A DNA stretch of 64,000 bases from contig CAVSQB010000028.1 in the NCBI GenBank assembly GCA_963729895.1, positions 192,001 through 256,000 of the forward strand, in the 5' to 3' direction. The DNA comes from an uncultured Fibrobacterota bacterium (GTDB taxonomy: Bacteria; Fibrobacterota; Chitinivibrionia; Chitinivibrionales; FEN-1185). How positions within the stretch are numbered: position 1 is the stretch's first letter; every line of letters begins with the position of its first letter. The position numbers and the translations under genes are program-made. Below the pieces are notes generated by a model. The model ran no database searches and was not told where the DNA came from. It was given only the letters and a program-made list of their open reading frames with translations. Shown here piece after piece: positions 1 through 11,322 of the stretch.

Positions 1-2337
1 GCCCAGGGATCAAAAAGGACCAAGGAACTGGTGCTTGCAAAGAACTTCGACGAGTTGTACCAGATGGCGCGGGAGCAGGAGCAAAAGGGATGCGGCCTTA
101 TTGACCTATGCGTTGCCGTGAGCGAGCGCGACGACGAACGGGAGACCATGGCGTCGCTCGTTTCGTTCTTATGCGAGCGGGTGGCGGTGCCGCTCTGTAT
201 CGATTCCACCGAGCCCGCCGTGATTCGCGCTGCACTCGAAGCATGCCCGGGATCGGCGCTTATCAATTCCATCAACCTGGAGCACGGCGGGGAAAAAGCC
301 CGCGCCATACTCGCGCTCGCCAGGGAGTTCGGGTGCCCGGTGATCGCGCTCACCATCGACGACGAGGGGATGGCGCATTCGGTGGCACAGAAGATCGACA
401 TCGCCCGGCGCATCCGCGACCTCGCCTGCGGCAAGTTCCTGCTTCCCGAGCACTTCGTGTACGTCGACCCGCTCACCTTCACGCTTGCAACAGGCGACGC
501 ACAAAGCGCCGACGCGGCAAAGAACAGCATCGAAGCATTGTCGCGGATCAAGGAGGAGATGCCCGGCCTGCGCACCGTGATGGGGGTGAGCAACGTGTCG
601 TTCGGGCTTGCGCCCGCGTCGCGCCGAGTGCTCAACAACGTCATGCTGCACCATGCGGCCCGGGCAGGGCTCGATGCCGCGATTTTCAACCCGCTGCACC
701 TGGACAAAATAGAGACATACGACCCGGCCGTTCTCGGTCTGGCCGAAGACCTGCTCTTCAACCGAAGGCCCGCCGCGCTTTCCGATTTCATCGGCGCTTT
801 CCGCAGCGCTGCACCGGCCGCAGTTGTTTCGGCGGCGCCGGCGCACGACCTTTCTCCGGAGCAAGAGCTTCGCGACAAAATACTCAATCGCGACCGGCGG
901 GACCTTGCGCCGTGTATCCGCACGCTCCTTGCTTCGCGCGCACCGCAGGAGATCCTCAACGGCATCCTGCTTCCGGCAATGGCCGAGGTAGGCGCGAAAA
1001 TGGACAGGGGAGAAATGATCCTGCCCTTCGTGCTTCAGGCGGCCGAAGTGATGAAGGAGGCGCTTTCCATACTGGAACCCCTGCTTTCCGCGCAGAAGGC
1101 CGAAAGCCGGGGGAAAATCGTGCTGGCCACCGTGTACGGCGACGTGCACGACATCGGCAAGAACCTGGTTGCGTCTATTCTTAAGAATCAAGGTTACGAG
1201 GTCGTTGATCTCGGCAAGCAGGTACCGCTCGATGCAATCGTCGGAGCGGTTATCCGCGAGAGGCCCGACGCGCTGGGACTTTCGGCGCTTCTGGTGACCA
1301 CCAGCCGTGAAATGGGACGGTGCGTTGCCGAGCTCGACGGGGCGGGCGTCAGTGTGCCGCTCCTCATCGGTGGCGCAGCTGTCAACAGGGACTTTGCCGA
1401 CCGCATTTCCGTGCTTGGAGACGGACGCAGGTATGGCGGCGGCGTATACTACGCGAAAGACGCGTTTGAAGCCGCAAAGGTTCTCGACGAAGTCAAGAAA
1501 CGTACCCCGGGCTGGCAACCGGAAAAGCCCGGGCCCCGGGTCGGCCGCGCGACTGTTGACGCTGCTCCCGCCGTCCCTCAACCGCTTGACCATCTGCAAA
1601 CGGTCCATCCGCAGTTTTTCGGCACAAGCCAGGTGCTTCGTTGGGAAACGCCGTCTCTTTTGTCGTCGGTTGACAAACAACGCCTGTTCAAAGGATACTT
1701 CGGCGGAGGCAACCTCGGAAAAGAAGCCTTTGCCGAAACTGAGGCACGGGACTTTCTTCCCGCATTTGAACGGTTGAAACGGGACATTGTTGAAAAGAAC
1801 CTTCTGAGCGCCGCCGGATTGTACGGCATTTTCCCGGTGTTCACCGACGACGCGAAGCTGTTCATCCTGGACCCGGGGGATTTTCATACGCAGCTCGCGG
1901 AATTCGGCTTCCCCAGAATGGAGCGCGCGAAGAACCGTTCGCTGGCCGACTATTTCAACCCGGACGGAGACGTGATCGCCGTGCAGGTGGTTACCATCGG
2001 TCCCGCGATAGACGACGAGTGCCGAAGGTACCTGGGCGTTGAGAACAAGTACAGCCTGGGATTTTACCTGAACGCAATTGCCAATTACGTCACGGAGCAG
2101 CTTGCAAACAAGGTGACCGCCGAGATCCGCCGGGCCTGTTTTCTCGGGCCGGACCGCGGCCGCCGCTATTCCTTTGGGTATCCCGGGCTTCCGGGCGTGG
2201 AAGAGCAGGCGAAGCTGTTCGAAATCCTCGGCGTGGAAGAGCGGCTGGGCGTTTTGCTTACGGCCGGGTCCCAGATGGTGCCCGAGCATTCGACAATGGG
2301 GATCTTTGTTCATCATCCGGAGGCCAAATACCTTTAA
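1..2337 (+). CDS. metH: Cobalamin-dependent methionine synthase, 5'-truncated by the window (pterin-binding, B12-binding and activation domains)
   Basis: Motifs IDSTEP, INSINLE, GVSNVSFG, LATVYGDVHDIGKNLV, GLSALLV, GGAAV and RYSFGYP...PEHST...HHPEAKY. The frame is open from the window start. Confidence 0.93.
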   Translation, partial: AQGSKRTKELVLAKNFDELYQMAREQEQKGCGLIDLCVAVSERDDERETMASLVSFLCERVAVPLCIDSTEPAVIRAALEACPGSALINSINLEHGGEKARAILALAREFGCPVIALTIDDEGMAHSVAQKIDIARRIRDLACGKFLLPEHFVYVDPLTFTLATGDAQSADAAKNSIEALSRIKEEMPGLRTVMGVSNVSFGLAPASRRVLNNVMLHHAARAGLDAAIFNPLHLDKIETYDPAVLGLAEDLLFNRRPAALSDFIGAFRSAAPAAVVSAAPAHDLSPEQELRDKILNRDRRDLAPCIRTLLASRAPQEILNGILLPAMAEVGAKMDRGEMILPFVLQAAEVMKEALSILEPLLSAQKAESRGKIVLATVYGDVHDIGKNLVASILKNQGYEVVDLGKQVPLDAIVGAVIRERPDALGLSALLVTTSREMGRCVAELDGAGVSVPLLIGGAAVNRDFADRISVLGDGRRYGGGVYYAKDAFEAAKVLDEVKKRTPGWQPEKPGPRVGRATVDAAPAVPQPLDHLQTVHPQFFGTSQVLRWETPSLLSSVDKQRLFKGYFGGGNLGKEAFAETEARDFLPAFERLKRDIVEKNLLSAAGLYGIFPVFTDDAKLFILDPGDFHTQLAEFGFPRMERAKNRSLADYFNPDGDVIAVQVVTIGPAIDDECRRYLGVENKYSLGFYLNAIANYVTEQLANKVTAEIRRACFLGPDRGRRYSFGYPGLPGVEEQAKLFEILGVEERLGVLLTAGSQMVPEHSTMGIFVHHPEAKYL

Positions 2338-2417
2338 GTAATGATTGCAGATTGACGATTGTAAATTGAAGAGCGCAGCCTGCGCCAAAATTATTTTGTA
2401 ACCGGGACCAGACGGCA

Positions 2418-2735
2418 ATGAATTCCAAAAAGCCCAAAGCGGCACACACGACAAAACGAGGAACAGGCCAACCCGTGTTTGGCGCGGATGTCGACGAGGT
2501 TTTGGCAAAAAAGGTCACCGACCATGCCAAGGGCGGAGGCGCAAACGGCGAGGCCTTGAACCGGTCTTCCTCCGCATTGAGGGACAAACCGGCCCCAACG
2601 GGGTCCGCGTTCACCTATCGCACGCCTGAACAAAAGCGCATGAGGAAGACCGCGGGATACGGCATTGCCGCGCTCGTGTGCCTGGTTCTTCTCGGCGCGA
2701 TCACGGTGGTGTGGTCCAAATTCCGCGACGATTGA
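2418..2735 (+). CDS. Small hypothetical protein with a C-terminal transmembrane helix
   Basis: ATG start, basic N-terminus, hydrophobic YGIAALVCLVLLGAITVVW; fits between metH and the next gene. Confidence 0.6.
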   Translation: MNSKKPKAAHTTKRGTGQPVFGADVDEVLAKKVTDHAKGGGANGEALNRSSSALRDKPAPTGSAFTYRTPEQKRMRKTAGYGIAALVCLVLLGAITVVWSKFRDD

Positions 2736-2766
2736 CGCGCCCCCGGCCTTCGACTGGCAGCCCTCC

Positions 2767-3426
2767 ATGAAGCTTGTTGCCCTTGCTGATATCCACGGAG
2801 CCACGTCCTCCCTCAAGTCAATTGCCGGCGACCTTGAAGCGGCCGATGCCGTGATACTCGCCGGCGATATCACCAACTTCCGCGGCAAAAACGGGCTGCT
2901 CACCGTGCTTGACGAAGTCAGGAAATATGCCGGCCTAGTGTACGGCGTCTGCGGCAACTGCGATCTGCCGGAAGCGAGCGCCGCCCTTGCGGAAGTGGAG
3001 TGCGGCATCGACAGGAAGGCGGCGGATATCCGGGGTATCGCGATTGCAGGCGTCGGCGGGTCGTTGCCGTGCCCGGAGACGACACCGAACGAGTTCAGCG
3101 AAGCAGAATACAAACGATTCCTGGAACAGGAACCGTTTGCCTCGCTCGCACCGGGTTCGTTCATTTTTGTCACGCACGAACCGCCCTTCAACACCGTCGT
3201 GGACAAGGCCCGGATTGGGAAGCATGTCGGGAGCAGGGAGATCGGGGGTTTTATCGAACGCGCCCGGCCGATAGTGTGCATCACCGGGCATATTCACGAG
3301 GCACGCGGTGTTGACAAAATAGGAGATACGAGAATTGTAAATCCCGGCCCGTTCAAGAATGGAAATTATGGCGTAATTGAGGTGGACGGGCTGCAGGTGA
3401 AGGAGATAGAGTTGAAGAGCGTGTGA
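2767..3426 (+). CDS. Metallophosphoesterase (calcineurin-like)
   Basis: Motifs DIHG, GDIT, GNCD, THEPP, GHIHE and NPG. Start set at MKLVALAD. Confidence 0.9.
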   Translation: MKLVALADIHGATSSLKSIAGDLEAADAVILAGDITNFRGKNGLLTVLDEVRKYAGLVYGVCGNCDLPEASAALAEVECGIDRKAADIRGIAIAGVGGSLPCPETTPNEFSEAEYKRFLEQEPFASLAPGSFIFVTHEPPFNTVVDKARIGKHVGSREIGGFIERARPIVCITGHIHEARGVDKIGDTRIVNPGPFKNGNYGVIEVDGLQVKEIELKSV

Positions 3427-3472
3427 AGCCTTCGGTTGCACCGGAACGTCAAACAGACATGGACTCACGGAA

Positions 3473-4054
3473 TCAAGAGGGACATCTGAAGCATCCTTTC
3501 ATATGATCGTTTACCATCCCCACCGCCTGCATGTGCGAATAACAGATGACCGATCCGACAAACGTGAACCCGCGTTTTTTCAAGTCCGCGCTCATCGCAT
3601 CGGAGAGTGCGGTCCTTGCAGGAATGTCTTTCCATGATGCGCGGGGTTTCCTGGGGAGGACAGTTTTATTGTCTGTAACCCGCCACATATAGCGGGAAAA
3701 CGTGCCGAATTCCTTGCGGACCTCGATGAACCGCTTCGCGTTATTGATGGCGGATGCGATCTTGAGCCTGTTGCGGATAATCCCCGCGTCGGACATGAGC
3801 CGAGTCACGTCGCGGGACGAATAATGTGAGATCGCTTCCCAGTCCCAGTTGTCAAACGCTCTCCGAAACGCGCTGCGGCGCTTTAGTATCGTGAGCCAGC
3901 TGAGCCCTGCCTGAAAGCCTTCGAGGGTCAACATCTCAAACAGCTTTCTGTCGTTGCGGACCGGGAAGCCCCATTCGTTGTCATGATAGTCGCAATACAC
4001 CGGGTCTGTGCCCGCCCAGGAACATCTGGCTATCCGACTGCTTGCTTCACTCAT
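3473..4054 (-). CDS. tag: DNA-3-methyladenine glycosylase I
   Basis: RCSWA, YHDNEWG, LEGFQAGLSWLTIL, IIRNRLKI, KKRGFTFVG, QAVGMVNDH. Confidence 0.95.
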   Translation of the reverse strand: MSEASSRIARCSWAGTDPVYCDYHDNEWGFPVRNDRKLFEMLTLEGFQAGLSWLTILKRRSAFRRAFDNWDWEAISHYSSRDVTRLMSDAGIIRNRLKIASAINNAKRFIEVRKEFGTFSRYMWRVTDNKTVLPRKPRASWKDIPARTALSDAMSADLKKRGFTFVGSVICYSHMQAVGMVNDHMKGCFRCPS

Positions 4055-4109
4055 ACGGGTGCACCTGCTGCAAGAACCCGGCACGGCCGATTCTCCCCCG
4101 GTGTTCGTA

Positions 4110-6491
4110 TCAATCCGTTTTTGGGTTGCTCCACTTCCAGTTCCTGATCTCGGGCATGTCTTCGCCGTATGTGCCGATGTATTGTTTGTGCTCGATCAGT
4201 TTGTATTTGAGCTGTTGCTTGAGATACACGCCCTTGTCGCCCGTCTGCGGCAGGCGGTTGATGGCATCCATCACGAGATGGAAACGGTCCAGATCGTTGA
4301 GCACCGTCATGTCGAAGGGCGTGGTGATGGTGCCTTCTTCCTTGTACCCGCGGACGTGGATGTTGTCGTGGTTGGTGCGGCGGTAGGTGAGCCGGTGAAT
4401 CAGCCACGGATAGCCGTGGAAGGCGAAGATGACCGGCTTGTCCCTTGTGAAGATCTGGTCGAAATCAAGGTCGCTCAGACCGTGCGGGTGCTCGGTTTGC
4501 GGCTCCAGCTTCATGAGATCCACCACGTTGACAACACGGATTTTGAGGCCGGGCAGGTGTTCGCGCATGATGGAAACCGCAGCGAGCGTCTCCAGGGTGG
4601 GCACGTCGCCGCAGCAGGCCATCACCACGTCGGGAGCAACGTCCTGGTCGTTGCTGGCCCACTGCCAGATGCCGATGCCCTCGGTGCAGTGCTTGACTGC
4701 TGCGTCCATGGTAAGCCATTGCGGGGCCGGGTGCTTGCCCGCGATCACGACGTTGACGTAATGGCGGCTGCGCAGGCAGTGGTCCATCACCGACAAAAGG
4801 CAGTTTGCGTCCGGCGGAAGGTACACGCGCACGATCTCGGATTTCTTGTTGACAACATGGTCGATGAACCCGGGATCCTGATGGGTGAAGCCGTTGTGGT
4901 CCTGGCGCCAGACGTGCGAGGCAAGCAGGTAGTTCAGAGAAGCGATCTTCCGCCGCCACGGCAGGCCCGACGTGACTTTCAGCCACTTGGCATGCTGGTT
5001 GAACATCGAATCCACGATGTGGATGAACGCCTCGTAGCAATTGAAAAGCCCGTGCCTCCCCGTGAGCAGGTACCCCTCGATCCATCCCTCGCATTGGTGC
5101 TCGCTCAGCATCTCCATCACGCGGCCGTCGGGGGCGAGAAGATCGTCGTTTGCTGCGGTCGCGGCGTTCCATTGCCGTTTGGTAACTTCGAATGCCGCCT
5201 CAAGTCCGTTACTGAGCGTCTCGTCCGGGCCAAAGATCCTGAAATTTCGCTCTTCGACGTTGAGAGAAATCACGTCGCGCAGGAAGCACCCCAGCACATG
5301 CGTGTCGCCGATGCCGCGCACCCCGGGAGACGGCACGTCTGCCGCATAGTCGCGGAAATCAGGCATCCGCAGGTCGCGCAGCAGCATCCCGCCGTTGGCG
5401 TGAGGATTGGCGCCCATGCGCCGATCGCCTTTGGGCGCCAGATCGGCCAGTTCCGGTTTCAGCCGGCCCTGATCGTCGAAAAGTTCTTCCGGCCCATAGC
5501 TTCGCAACCAGTTCTCCAGTTGCTTGAGGTGCTCGGGGTGCGCCGCCGGGTCGGAGAGCGGCACCTGGTGCGACCGGAAGGTGCCTTCAACCTGCAGGCC
5601 GTCAACCGTTTTGGGTCCCGTCCAGCCCTTAGGTGAATTGAGCACGATCATGGGCCAGCGCGGCCGGGCCGGGTTGCCGTGTGCGCGGGCGTCAAGCTGG
5701 ATTTTTTTGATCTGCTCCACCGCGGCGTCAAGTGCTGCGGCCATGGCCTGGTGCATCGGCGCGGGCTCGTGACCTTCGACAAAGTAGGGCGTCCATCCGT
5801 AGCCCCGGAACAGCTGTTCCAATTCCTCATGTTCGATGCGGGCAAGAACAGTCGGATTGGAAATCTTGAATCCGTTGAGATGCAGGATGGGCAGCACGGC
5901 CCCGTCGGTGACCGGATTGAGAAACTTGTTGGAGTGCCATGCCGTGGCCAGGGGCCCCGTTTCCGCTTCGCCGTCGCCGACGACGCAGGCGACGACAAGT
6001 TCCTTATTGTCAAATACCGCGCCGAAGGCATGGGATAGCGAATAGCCGAGTTCGCCGCCCTCGTGAATGGACCCCGGGCACTCCGGCGAGGCATGGCTGG
6101 GAATTCCTCCGGGAAACGAAAACTGTACAAAGAGCTTCCGGAGGCCGGCCTCATCCCGGCTGACGGCGGGATAGATTTCGCTGTAGGTGCCCTCGAGGTA
6201 GGTATTCGCCACCACGGCCGGGCCGCCGTGGCCCGGACCGGAAACGTAGATCATGTCGAGGTCGTATTTCTTGATGACCCTGTTCAGGTGCGCATACATG
6301 AAATTCTGCCCAGGGGTGGTGCCCCAATGTCCCAGAAGCATTCGCTTCACATCCGCGAGCGCCAGCGGCCGCTTGAGCAGCGGATTGTCGTGCAGGTAAA
6401 TCTGGCCGACCGACAGATAATTCGCGGCGCGCCAATAAGCGTCCAACTTCTGCAACAGATCCGGCGACAAAGGTCCGTGTGCCGTGTTCAT
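4110..6491 (-). CDS. xfp: Xylulose-5-P/fructose-6-P phosphoketolase
   Basis: [65 protein letters not shown]. Start set at MNTAHG. Confidence 0.96.
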   Translation of the reverse strand: MNTAHGPLSPDLLQKLDAYWRAANYLSVGQIYLHDNPLLKRPLALADVKRMLLGHWGTTPGQNFMYAHLNRVIKKYDLDMIYVSGPGHGGPAVVANTYLEGTYSEIYPAVSRDEAGLRKLFVQFSFPGGIPSHASPECPGSIHEGGELGYSLSHAFGAVFDNKELVVACVVGDGEAETGPLATAWHSNKFLNPVTDGAVLPILHLNGFKISNPTVLARIEHEELEQLFRGYGWTPYFVEGHEPAPMHQAMAAALDAAVEQIKKIQLDARAHGNPARPRWPMIVLNSPKGWTGPKTVDGLQVEGTFRSHQVPLSDPAAHPEHLKQLENWLRSYGPEELFDDQGRLKPELADLAPKGDRRMGANPHANGGMLLRDLRMPDFRDYAADVPSPGVRGIGDTHVLGCFLRDVISLNVEERNFRIFGPDETLSNGLEAAFEVTKRQWNAATAANDDLLAPDGRVMEMLSEHQCEGWIEGYLLTGRHGLFNCYEAFIHIVDSMFNQHAKWLKVTSGLPWRRKIASLNYLLASHVWRQDHNGFTHQDPGFIDHVVNKKSEIVRVYLPPDANCLLSVMDHCLRSRHYVNVVIAGKHPAPQWLTMDAAVKHCTEGIGIWQWASNDQDVAPDVVMACCGDVPTLETLAAVSIMREHLPGLKIRVVNVVDLMKLEPQTEHPHGLSDLDFDQIFTRDKPVIFAFHGYPWLIHRLTYRRTNHDNIHVRGYKEEGTITTPFDMTVLNDLDRFHLVMDAINRLPQTGDKGVYLKQQLKYKLIEHKQYIGTYGEDMPEIRNWKWSNPKTD

Positions 6492-6709
6492 ACTGTCCCT
6501 TCCTGTGCCGGGGCGTTTCGCATCAGGCCCCTGTTCAACTCGCTTCAGAACGCATTTTTGTGCAGAGGTGAGGCAAGCAGCGCCTCCCGTGCACCATTTT
6601 GCACCGTACAATATAATGGCCGCGCACGAGATCCCTCAACTAAGACAGGCTACCCAACCACGCAACAAAGGCGGTGCGCCTCCGCGTTTGCAATGCCGCA
6701 CGAAGCTCG

Positions 6710-7588
6710 TTACGTGGCACTGCGTGCCGGCTGCGCTATTCCGGCCAGGTCGCCGATGACGTTGACAAGCTGTTGATTTGCGGGGACGATGATCTTCGCG
6801 TTGTTCTGGAGCGCGAACTGGGCCGTTTCGAGCCGTTTTAACAATTGAGAATTTCCGACAAAATATTTATCGGCTGCTTCGTTAACCAGCCGGATCGCTT
6901 CGGCCTCACCCTCGGCTGAAAGAATCCGGGCCTGCCGCACCCCTTCCGCCTTCTTTATCTCGGCCCGTTTGATGCCGTCCGCCGTTGTCTCGGCGGCAGT
7001 GGCAAAGTCCACGGCGGCGATCTTTTCGTTCTCGGCCTTGACTATCTTGTTCATGGTGTCCTGAACATCCTTGGGAGGATCGATTTCCTTGAGTTCGGCC
7101 CGCACAATATCGATGCCCCAGTGCGTGGTTTCCTTGATGAGGATCTCGTGCAGGTCCCTGTTGATCCTGCCCCGCTCGCTGTTTGCGGATTTGAGCGACA
7201 TGGTGCCGATGATGTTTCTAAGCGTGCTCCGGGATAGATTCACTATCTGGTAACTGACGTTATTGACATTGTACTGCGAATTCTTGACGTTTTCCTCATC
7301 GGCTTTCACTTTGTAGTATATCTGTGCGTCAACCATGGCGTTGAGGTTGTCGTTGGTGATGATCTCCTGAGGATCGGCATTCACCAGCTGTTCCGTCACG
7401 TTCACCTGAAACATTTTGTCGACAATAGGAATAAGCCAGTGAAAACCCGGATCGGCGAAATGATGGTATTTCCCCAGCCGCTCCACAAGGCCTCTGCGGG
7501 TGGGCCTGACGATCTTGATGCCCGTGAGAAAAAGAAAAACAACAATGCATCCTACCATCCAGATCCAGACCGGTGCATGACCTTGCAT
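6710..7588 (-). CDS. SPFH/band 7 (stomatin-like) membrane protein
   Basis: N-terminal TM helix, LVERLGKY, PQEIITNDN, LRNIIG, ELKEIDPP and an AE-rich coiled coil. AGGAGG RBS upstream. Confidence 0.9.
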   Translation of the reverse strand: MQGHAPVWIWMVGCIVVFLFLTGIKIVRPTRRGLVERLGKYHHFADPGFHWLIPIVDKMFQVNVTEQLVNADPQEIITNDNLNAMVDAQIYYKVKADEENVKNSQYNVNNVSYQIVNLSRSTLRNIIGTMSLKSANSERGRINRDLHEILIKETTHWGIDIVRAELKEIDPPKDVQDTMNKIVKAENEKIAAVDFATAAETTADGIKRAEIKKAEGVRQARILSAEGEAEAIRLVNEAADKYFVGNSQLLKRLETAQFALQNNAKIIVPANQQLVNVIGDLAGIAQPARSAT

Positions 7589-7966
7589 GATATTCCTCCT
7601 GCGGTAAAAGGTGTATGCGGTCTCCCTTTTGCAACCCCGTCGAATTTTCAAACAAATCGGGCATATCAAAAGGTGGGCCCAAGCAACTGAATATCGGTTT
7701 TCACAAGCGGATTTCCAAACGCATTCTGTTCGGCGGCATTTGCCGGCATGGAACTTGGGGCCGATCTGCAAATAGCGATGCGGCTGCAACAGGTTGCAAG
7801 AACCGCGGACAAGGTGCGGCGGAATCCACGGACACGCTCTTAGTGTCTTGCGTATCGGCCCCATGTTTTATTTTACCCACTATCGAAACAGACAGGCCAC
7901 GCCGTGACACAAAGTAGAATGGCGCCGTTGACAGAACGAACGCGGCAATCCATTCGTGAGAAAACC

Positions 7967-9196
7967 ATGCGTCTTGGATTTACAACAGGGTTCCTTCTTT
8001 GTGTTGCCCTGAGCATCAGGCTGGCCTTTGTCTTTTTGCTCCCGCCGACGCAAACCGTCTCCCACCGTCTTGAAGGCCTTAACGACGAGGCTTCCCATCT
8101 TAACTACGTGCATTACCTGGCGCAGAACAAACGGTTTCCCGTGCAGCATCATCATGCCCGTGAGAAAGACTCCTTTGTCCGTAACGAGTTTGAATACTAT
8201 CAGGCGCCTGTCTATTACCTGTGCGGCGCCGGAATCGAACTCGTCGTGGGAAAGAGCAATACCCTCCTTGCATGCAGGCTCCTGTCGTTTTTGTTCGGCG
8301 CGCTGTCGCTGCTTGTCATTAAAAGAATATTTTCCGTTCTTTCATTTCCAGCGGCCGTCGGCAACGGAGCCGTTCTGTTCACCGCCTTCTTTCCCACGCA
8401 TGCCTATTTCTGTTCCGTTGCCTCAAACGATTCGTTGAGCTGGCTGCTGGCCTTGTTCTTGACCCTGGAACTGGCGGGTCTCTGCACGCAGGACATCCCT
8501 TTCGATCCGGGAAGATTGCGGCGCTCTGCCCTGTACACGGGATTACTGCTGGGAATCGGCATGCTGACAAAGGCGTCGCTTGCGCTGTTCGGCCCTGTGG
8601 CGGGCGCGCTTTTTTTGTACCGGTTTTTTGCGTCCCGAAACCGGCAGTGGCTCTTTGCGCTGGCTGCGGTCTTGTGTACAACCGCCGTTCTTGCAGGGCC
8701 ATGGTATCTGCGAAACCTTCGCGTGTACGGTTCGCTGTTTGCTTTCAATGTTGGAAACGGCCCGCCGCAGTTCTTCCTTTTCTCTCCCTACCAGTTCGTG
8801 CGGTTCCTCAAGCTGGCCTTATACTGTTTCTGGTTCCCCATGCAGCACGTGCTCCCGTCGCACGCGGTGGGCGCCATGTTGTGGTTTGAAGCGTTTATCA
8901 TGCTCGTCAATTCTTCGCTGTTCGCCGTGTACGCCGTCTACAAGAAGAAAATTGCTTTATGGGAAATACTGCTGGGCGGACTTCTTCTCCTCAATGTCGC
9001 GGCCTATTTGAACTACAACCTGCACTGGGACAATGCGGACGGCCGCTTCCTGTTCCCTTCGCTCGCGGCAGTGCTTGTCTTCTTCTGCGTCCCCCTATAT
9101 CATTTTTCCGAACGGCTGCGACTGCAGCGCTTGTTTATTCCCCTGCTCGTGTGCGAAGCGATCTTCCCCTATCTTCTGCTGTTGCTGGTTCCATAG
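7967..9196 (+). CDS. Polytopic membrane glycosyltransferase, GT-C fold (ArnT/PMT, GT39-like)
   Basis: DEASHLNYV, YYQAPVYY, SNDSL, LTK, PWYLRN and GRFLFP, with many TM segments. Confidence 0.75.
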   Translation: MRLGFTTGFLLCVALSIRLAFVFLLPPTQTVSHRLEGLNDEASHLNYVHYLAQNKRFPVQHHHAREKDSFVRNEFEYYQAPVYYLCGAGIELVVGKSNTLLACRLLSFLFGALSLLVIKRIFSVLSFPAAVGNGAVLFTAFFPTHAYFCSVASNDSLSWLLALFLTLELAGLCTQDIPFDPGRLRRSALYTGLLLGIGMLTKASLALFGPVAGALFLYRFFASRNRQWLFALAAVLCTTAVLAGPWYLRNLRVYGSLFAFNVGNGPPQFFLFSPYQFVRFLKLALYCFWFPMQHVLPSHAVGAMLWFEAFIMLVNSSLFAVYAVYKKKIALWEILLGGLLLLNVAAYLNYNLHWDNADGRFLFPSLAAVLVFFCVPLYHFSERLRLQRLFIPLLVCEAIFPYLLLLLVP

Positions 9197-9302
9197 GCGA
9201 CAACAAGGCGGTGCCTCCGGTACCGCACGGTTCCGTTTTTTGATGACGATGAAGACCGGGGGAAGGCCGATGGCACAGGCGTCGGCTATGTGGTCTACAA
9301 AT

Positions 9303-9998
9303 TTAGCCGCGGCATTTACACAGCGCCTCGGCAATTTCGAGGTCCTCTTTCGTGGTGATCTTGAAATTGAGCGGATCTCCTGCGGCGATTCCAACCGGTA
9401 TGCCTGCCGCCTCCATGAGCATGGCCTCGTCGGTGGGGGGAGAGGCGAGGGACCGCGCGAGCGCGAATGCGGCGAGGAGCTTGTCACGCAGGAAAAGTTG
9501 AGGGGTTTGCACGCGCACGATTGCCGTTCTGTCGAGCGTTTCCATGGCCAGGTCCCCGGCGAATCTCCGTACCGTGTCCACTTCGGGCGTGGCCGCTATC
9601 ACCGCGTCGTAGCGCGCGCTTGCCGTAATCACGGAGGTGACGATGCGGTGCGTCACGAACGGCCGCGCGGCGTCGTGGACCAGGACCCACGTCCCTTTCG
9701 ACGCCTCGACGCCATTTTTCACCGACTGCCAACGGTGCGTGCCGCCTGCAACGATAATGATTTCTTTTTTGATCTGAAGTCCGGAGACAATGCTTCGGGC
9801 CTTTTTCATCATCGCCCGGGGAGCGACAAGGATCATTCTGGCGATGGATCGATGGCGCGCGAATACGAGGAGGGAATGAACAAAAAGCGGCTTTCCGCTC
9901 AGTGAAACAAACGCCTTGGGCGTTTTTGCGCCCAGCCGCTTGCCGCCTCCGGCAGCGACAATAATACAGTCAGTTTGCATGTTTAGTGGCTTTTTCAT
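9303..9998 (-). CDS. ispD: 2-C-methyl-D-erythritol 4-phosphate cytidylyltransferase
   Basis: AAGGGKRLG..PKAF, VHDAARPF, QTPQLF, TDEA, NFKITT. Confidence 0.95.
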   Translation of the reverse strand: MKKPLNMQTDCIIVAAGGGKRLGAKTPKAFVSLSGKPLFVHSLLVFARHRSIARMILVAPRAMMKKARSIVSGLQIKKEIIIVAGGTHRWQSVKNGVEASKGTWVLVHDAARPFVTHRIVTSVITASARYDAVIAATPEVDTVRRFAGDLAMETLDRTAIVRVQTPQLFLRDKLLAAFALARSLASPPTDEAMLMEAAGIPVGIAAGDPLNFKITTKEDLEIAEALCKCRG

Positions 9999-10018
9999 GA
10001 ATCAACGTATGTCCACCA

Positions 10019-11230
10019 TTATTTTTGTCTTTTTCGTCTTTCTACTATTCCCGCCACTTTCATGGGCAGCCCGAAAATCCGTATGAACCCCCTGGCGTCC
10101 TTCTGGTCGTAGAAATCCGTGTCGGTGAATGACGCCAAATCGTGCAGGTACAGCGATTGAGGAGCGCTTGATCCCGCCGGGTATATGCCGCCCTTGTAAA
10201 GCTTGAGCGTGACGCTGCCGGTGACGTTTTCCTGCGTGGCATCGACAAACGCATCAAGCGATTCGCGCAGTTTGGAGAACCACTGGCCGTTATACACGAG
10301 ATCGGCGTACTTGAGACTCACCATTTCCTTATAATGCAGGGTTTCGCGATCGAGCACAAGGCGTTCGAGTTCACGGTGCGCCGCGTAGAGAATGGAGCCG
10401 CCCGGTGTTTCGTACACGCCGCGCGACTTGATGCCAACAAGCCTGTTTTCTACCATGTCAACGTGGCCGACGCCGTGAACCGCGCCGATGCGATTGAGCT
10501 CCTGGAGGAGCGCCAGGGGAGACAGTTTCCTTCCGTTTACCGAGAGAGGAACTCCCTTTTCAAAAGCAACGGAAATGAGTTCCGCCTTGTTCGGGGCCTT
10601 TTCGACGGTGCTCGACAAAGTAAAGACGTCGTCCGGAGGCGCGAGGGCCGGATCTTCGAGAACGCCGCCCTCGTGGCTGATGTGCCAGATGTTGCGGTCT
10701 TCGGAATAGATGCGTTTCTTCGACTGGCCCACCGGGATGTTGCGTGCGGCGGCGTACGCAAGGCAGTCTTCGCGCGAGTGAAGCGTCCACTTGGGGTCTT
10801 TCCACGGAGAAATAATCGCAAGAGACGGATCGAGCGCCATTACCGTGAGCTCGAAGCGTACCTGGTCGTTTCCCTTGCCCGTCGCGCCGTGGGCCACCGC
10901 GTACGCGTTTTCGCGATGCGCGATCTCGACGGCGCGTTTGGCGATGATGGGCCGGGCAAAACTGGTTCCCAGAAGGTAACTTCCCTCATACACCGCGCCT
11001 GCGCGGAGCGTGGGGAAAATGTAGCCGGCGATAAATTCCTCGCGGAGGTCCTCAAGAAAGTACTTGGATGCGCCCGTGCTGATCGCCTTCCGTCTGAGGC
11101 CGCTTGTTTCCTCAGCCTGGCCCACGTCGGCGCACATGGCAATCACCTCGCAATCGTAGTTCTCCTTGAGCCACGGAATCATGACCGAGGTGTCGAGGCC
11201 TCCGGAATAAAGCAGGACCACTTTTTTCAT
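10019..11230 (-). CDS. argG: Argininosuccinate synthase
   Basis: [49 protein letters not shown]. Confidence 0.97.
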   Translation of the reverse strand: MKKVVLLYSGGLDTSVMIPWLKENYDCEVIAMCADVGQAEETSGLRRKAISTGASKYFLEDLREEFIAGYIFPTLRAGAVYEGSYLLGTSFARPIIAKRAVEIAHRENAYAVAHGATGKGNDQVRFELTVMALDPSLAIISPWKDPKWTLHSREDCLAYAAARNIPVGQSKKRIYSEDRNIWHISHEGGVLEDPALAPPDDVFTLSSTVEKAPNKAELISVAFEKGVPLSVNGRKLSPLALLQELNRIGAVHGVGHVDMVENRLVGIKSRGVYETPGGSILYAAHRELERLVLDRETLHYKEMVSLKYADLVYNGQWFSKLRESLDAFVDATQENVTGSVTLKLYKGGIYPAGSSAPQSLYLHDLASFTDTDFYDQKDARGFIRIFGLPMKVAGIVERRKRQK

Positions 11231-11322
11231 GGGAAGTACCCTTTCGGAAAAACGGAATAACGGCTTCGGTTATGTGCATCGCCTTCGGCGCCGGCCTCCT
11301 GCAACAGCGAAACGGCAGACGC

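Noticed and set aside
108..2508. Long overlapping or antisense ORFs (e.g. 169..2508 -, 4008..5636 +, 10334..11260 +, 20685..21506 -, 23500..24720 -)
   Set aside because: Shadows of GC-rich genes with clear family motifs in another frame; no recognisable motifs of their own.
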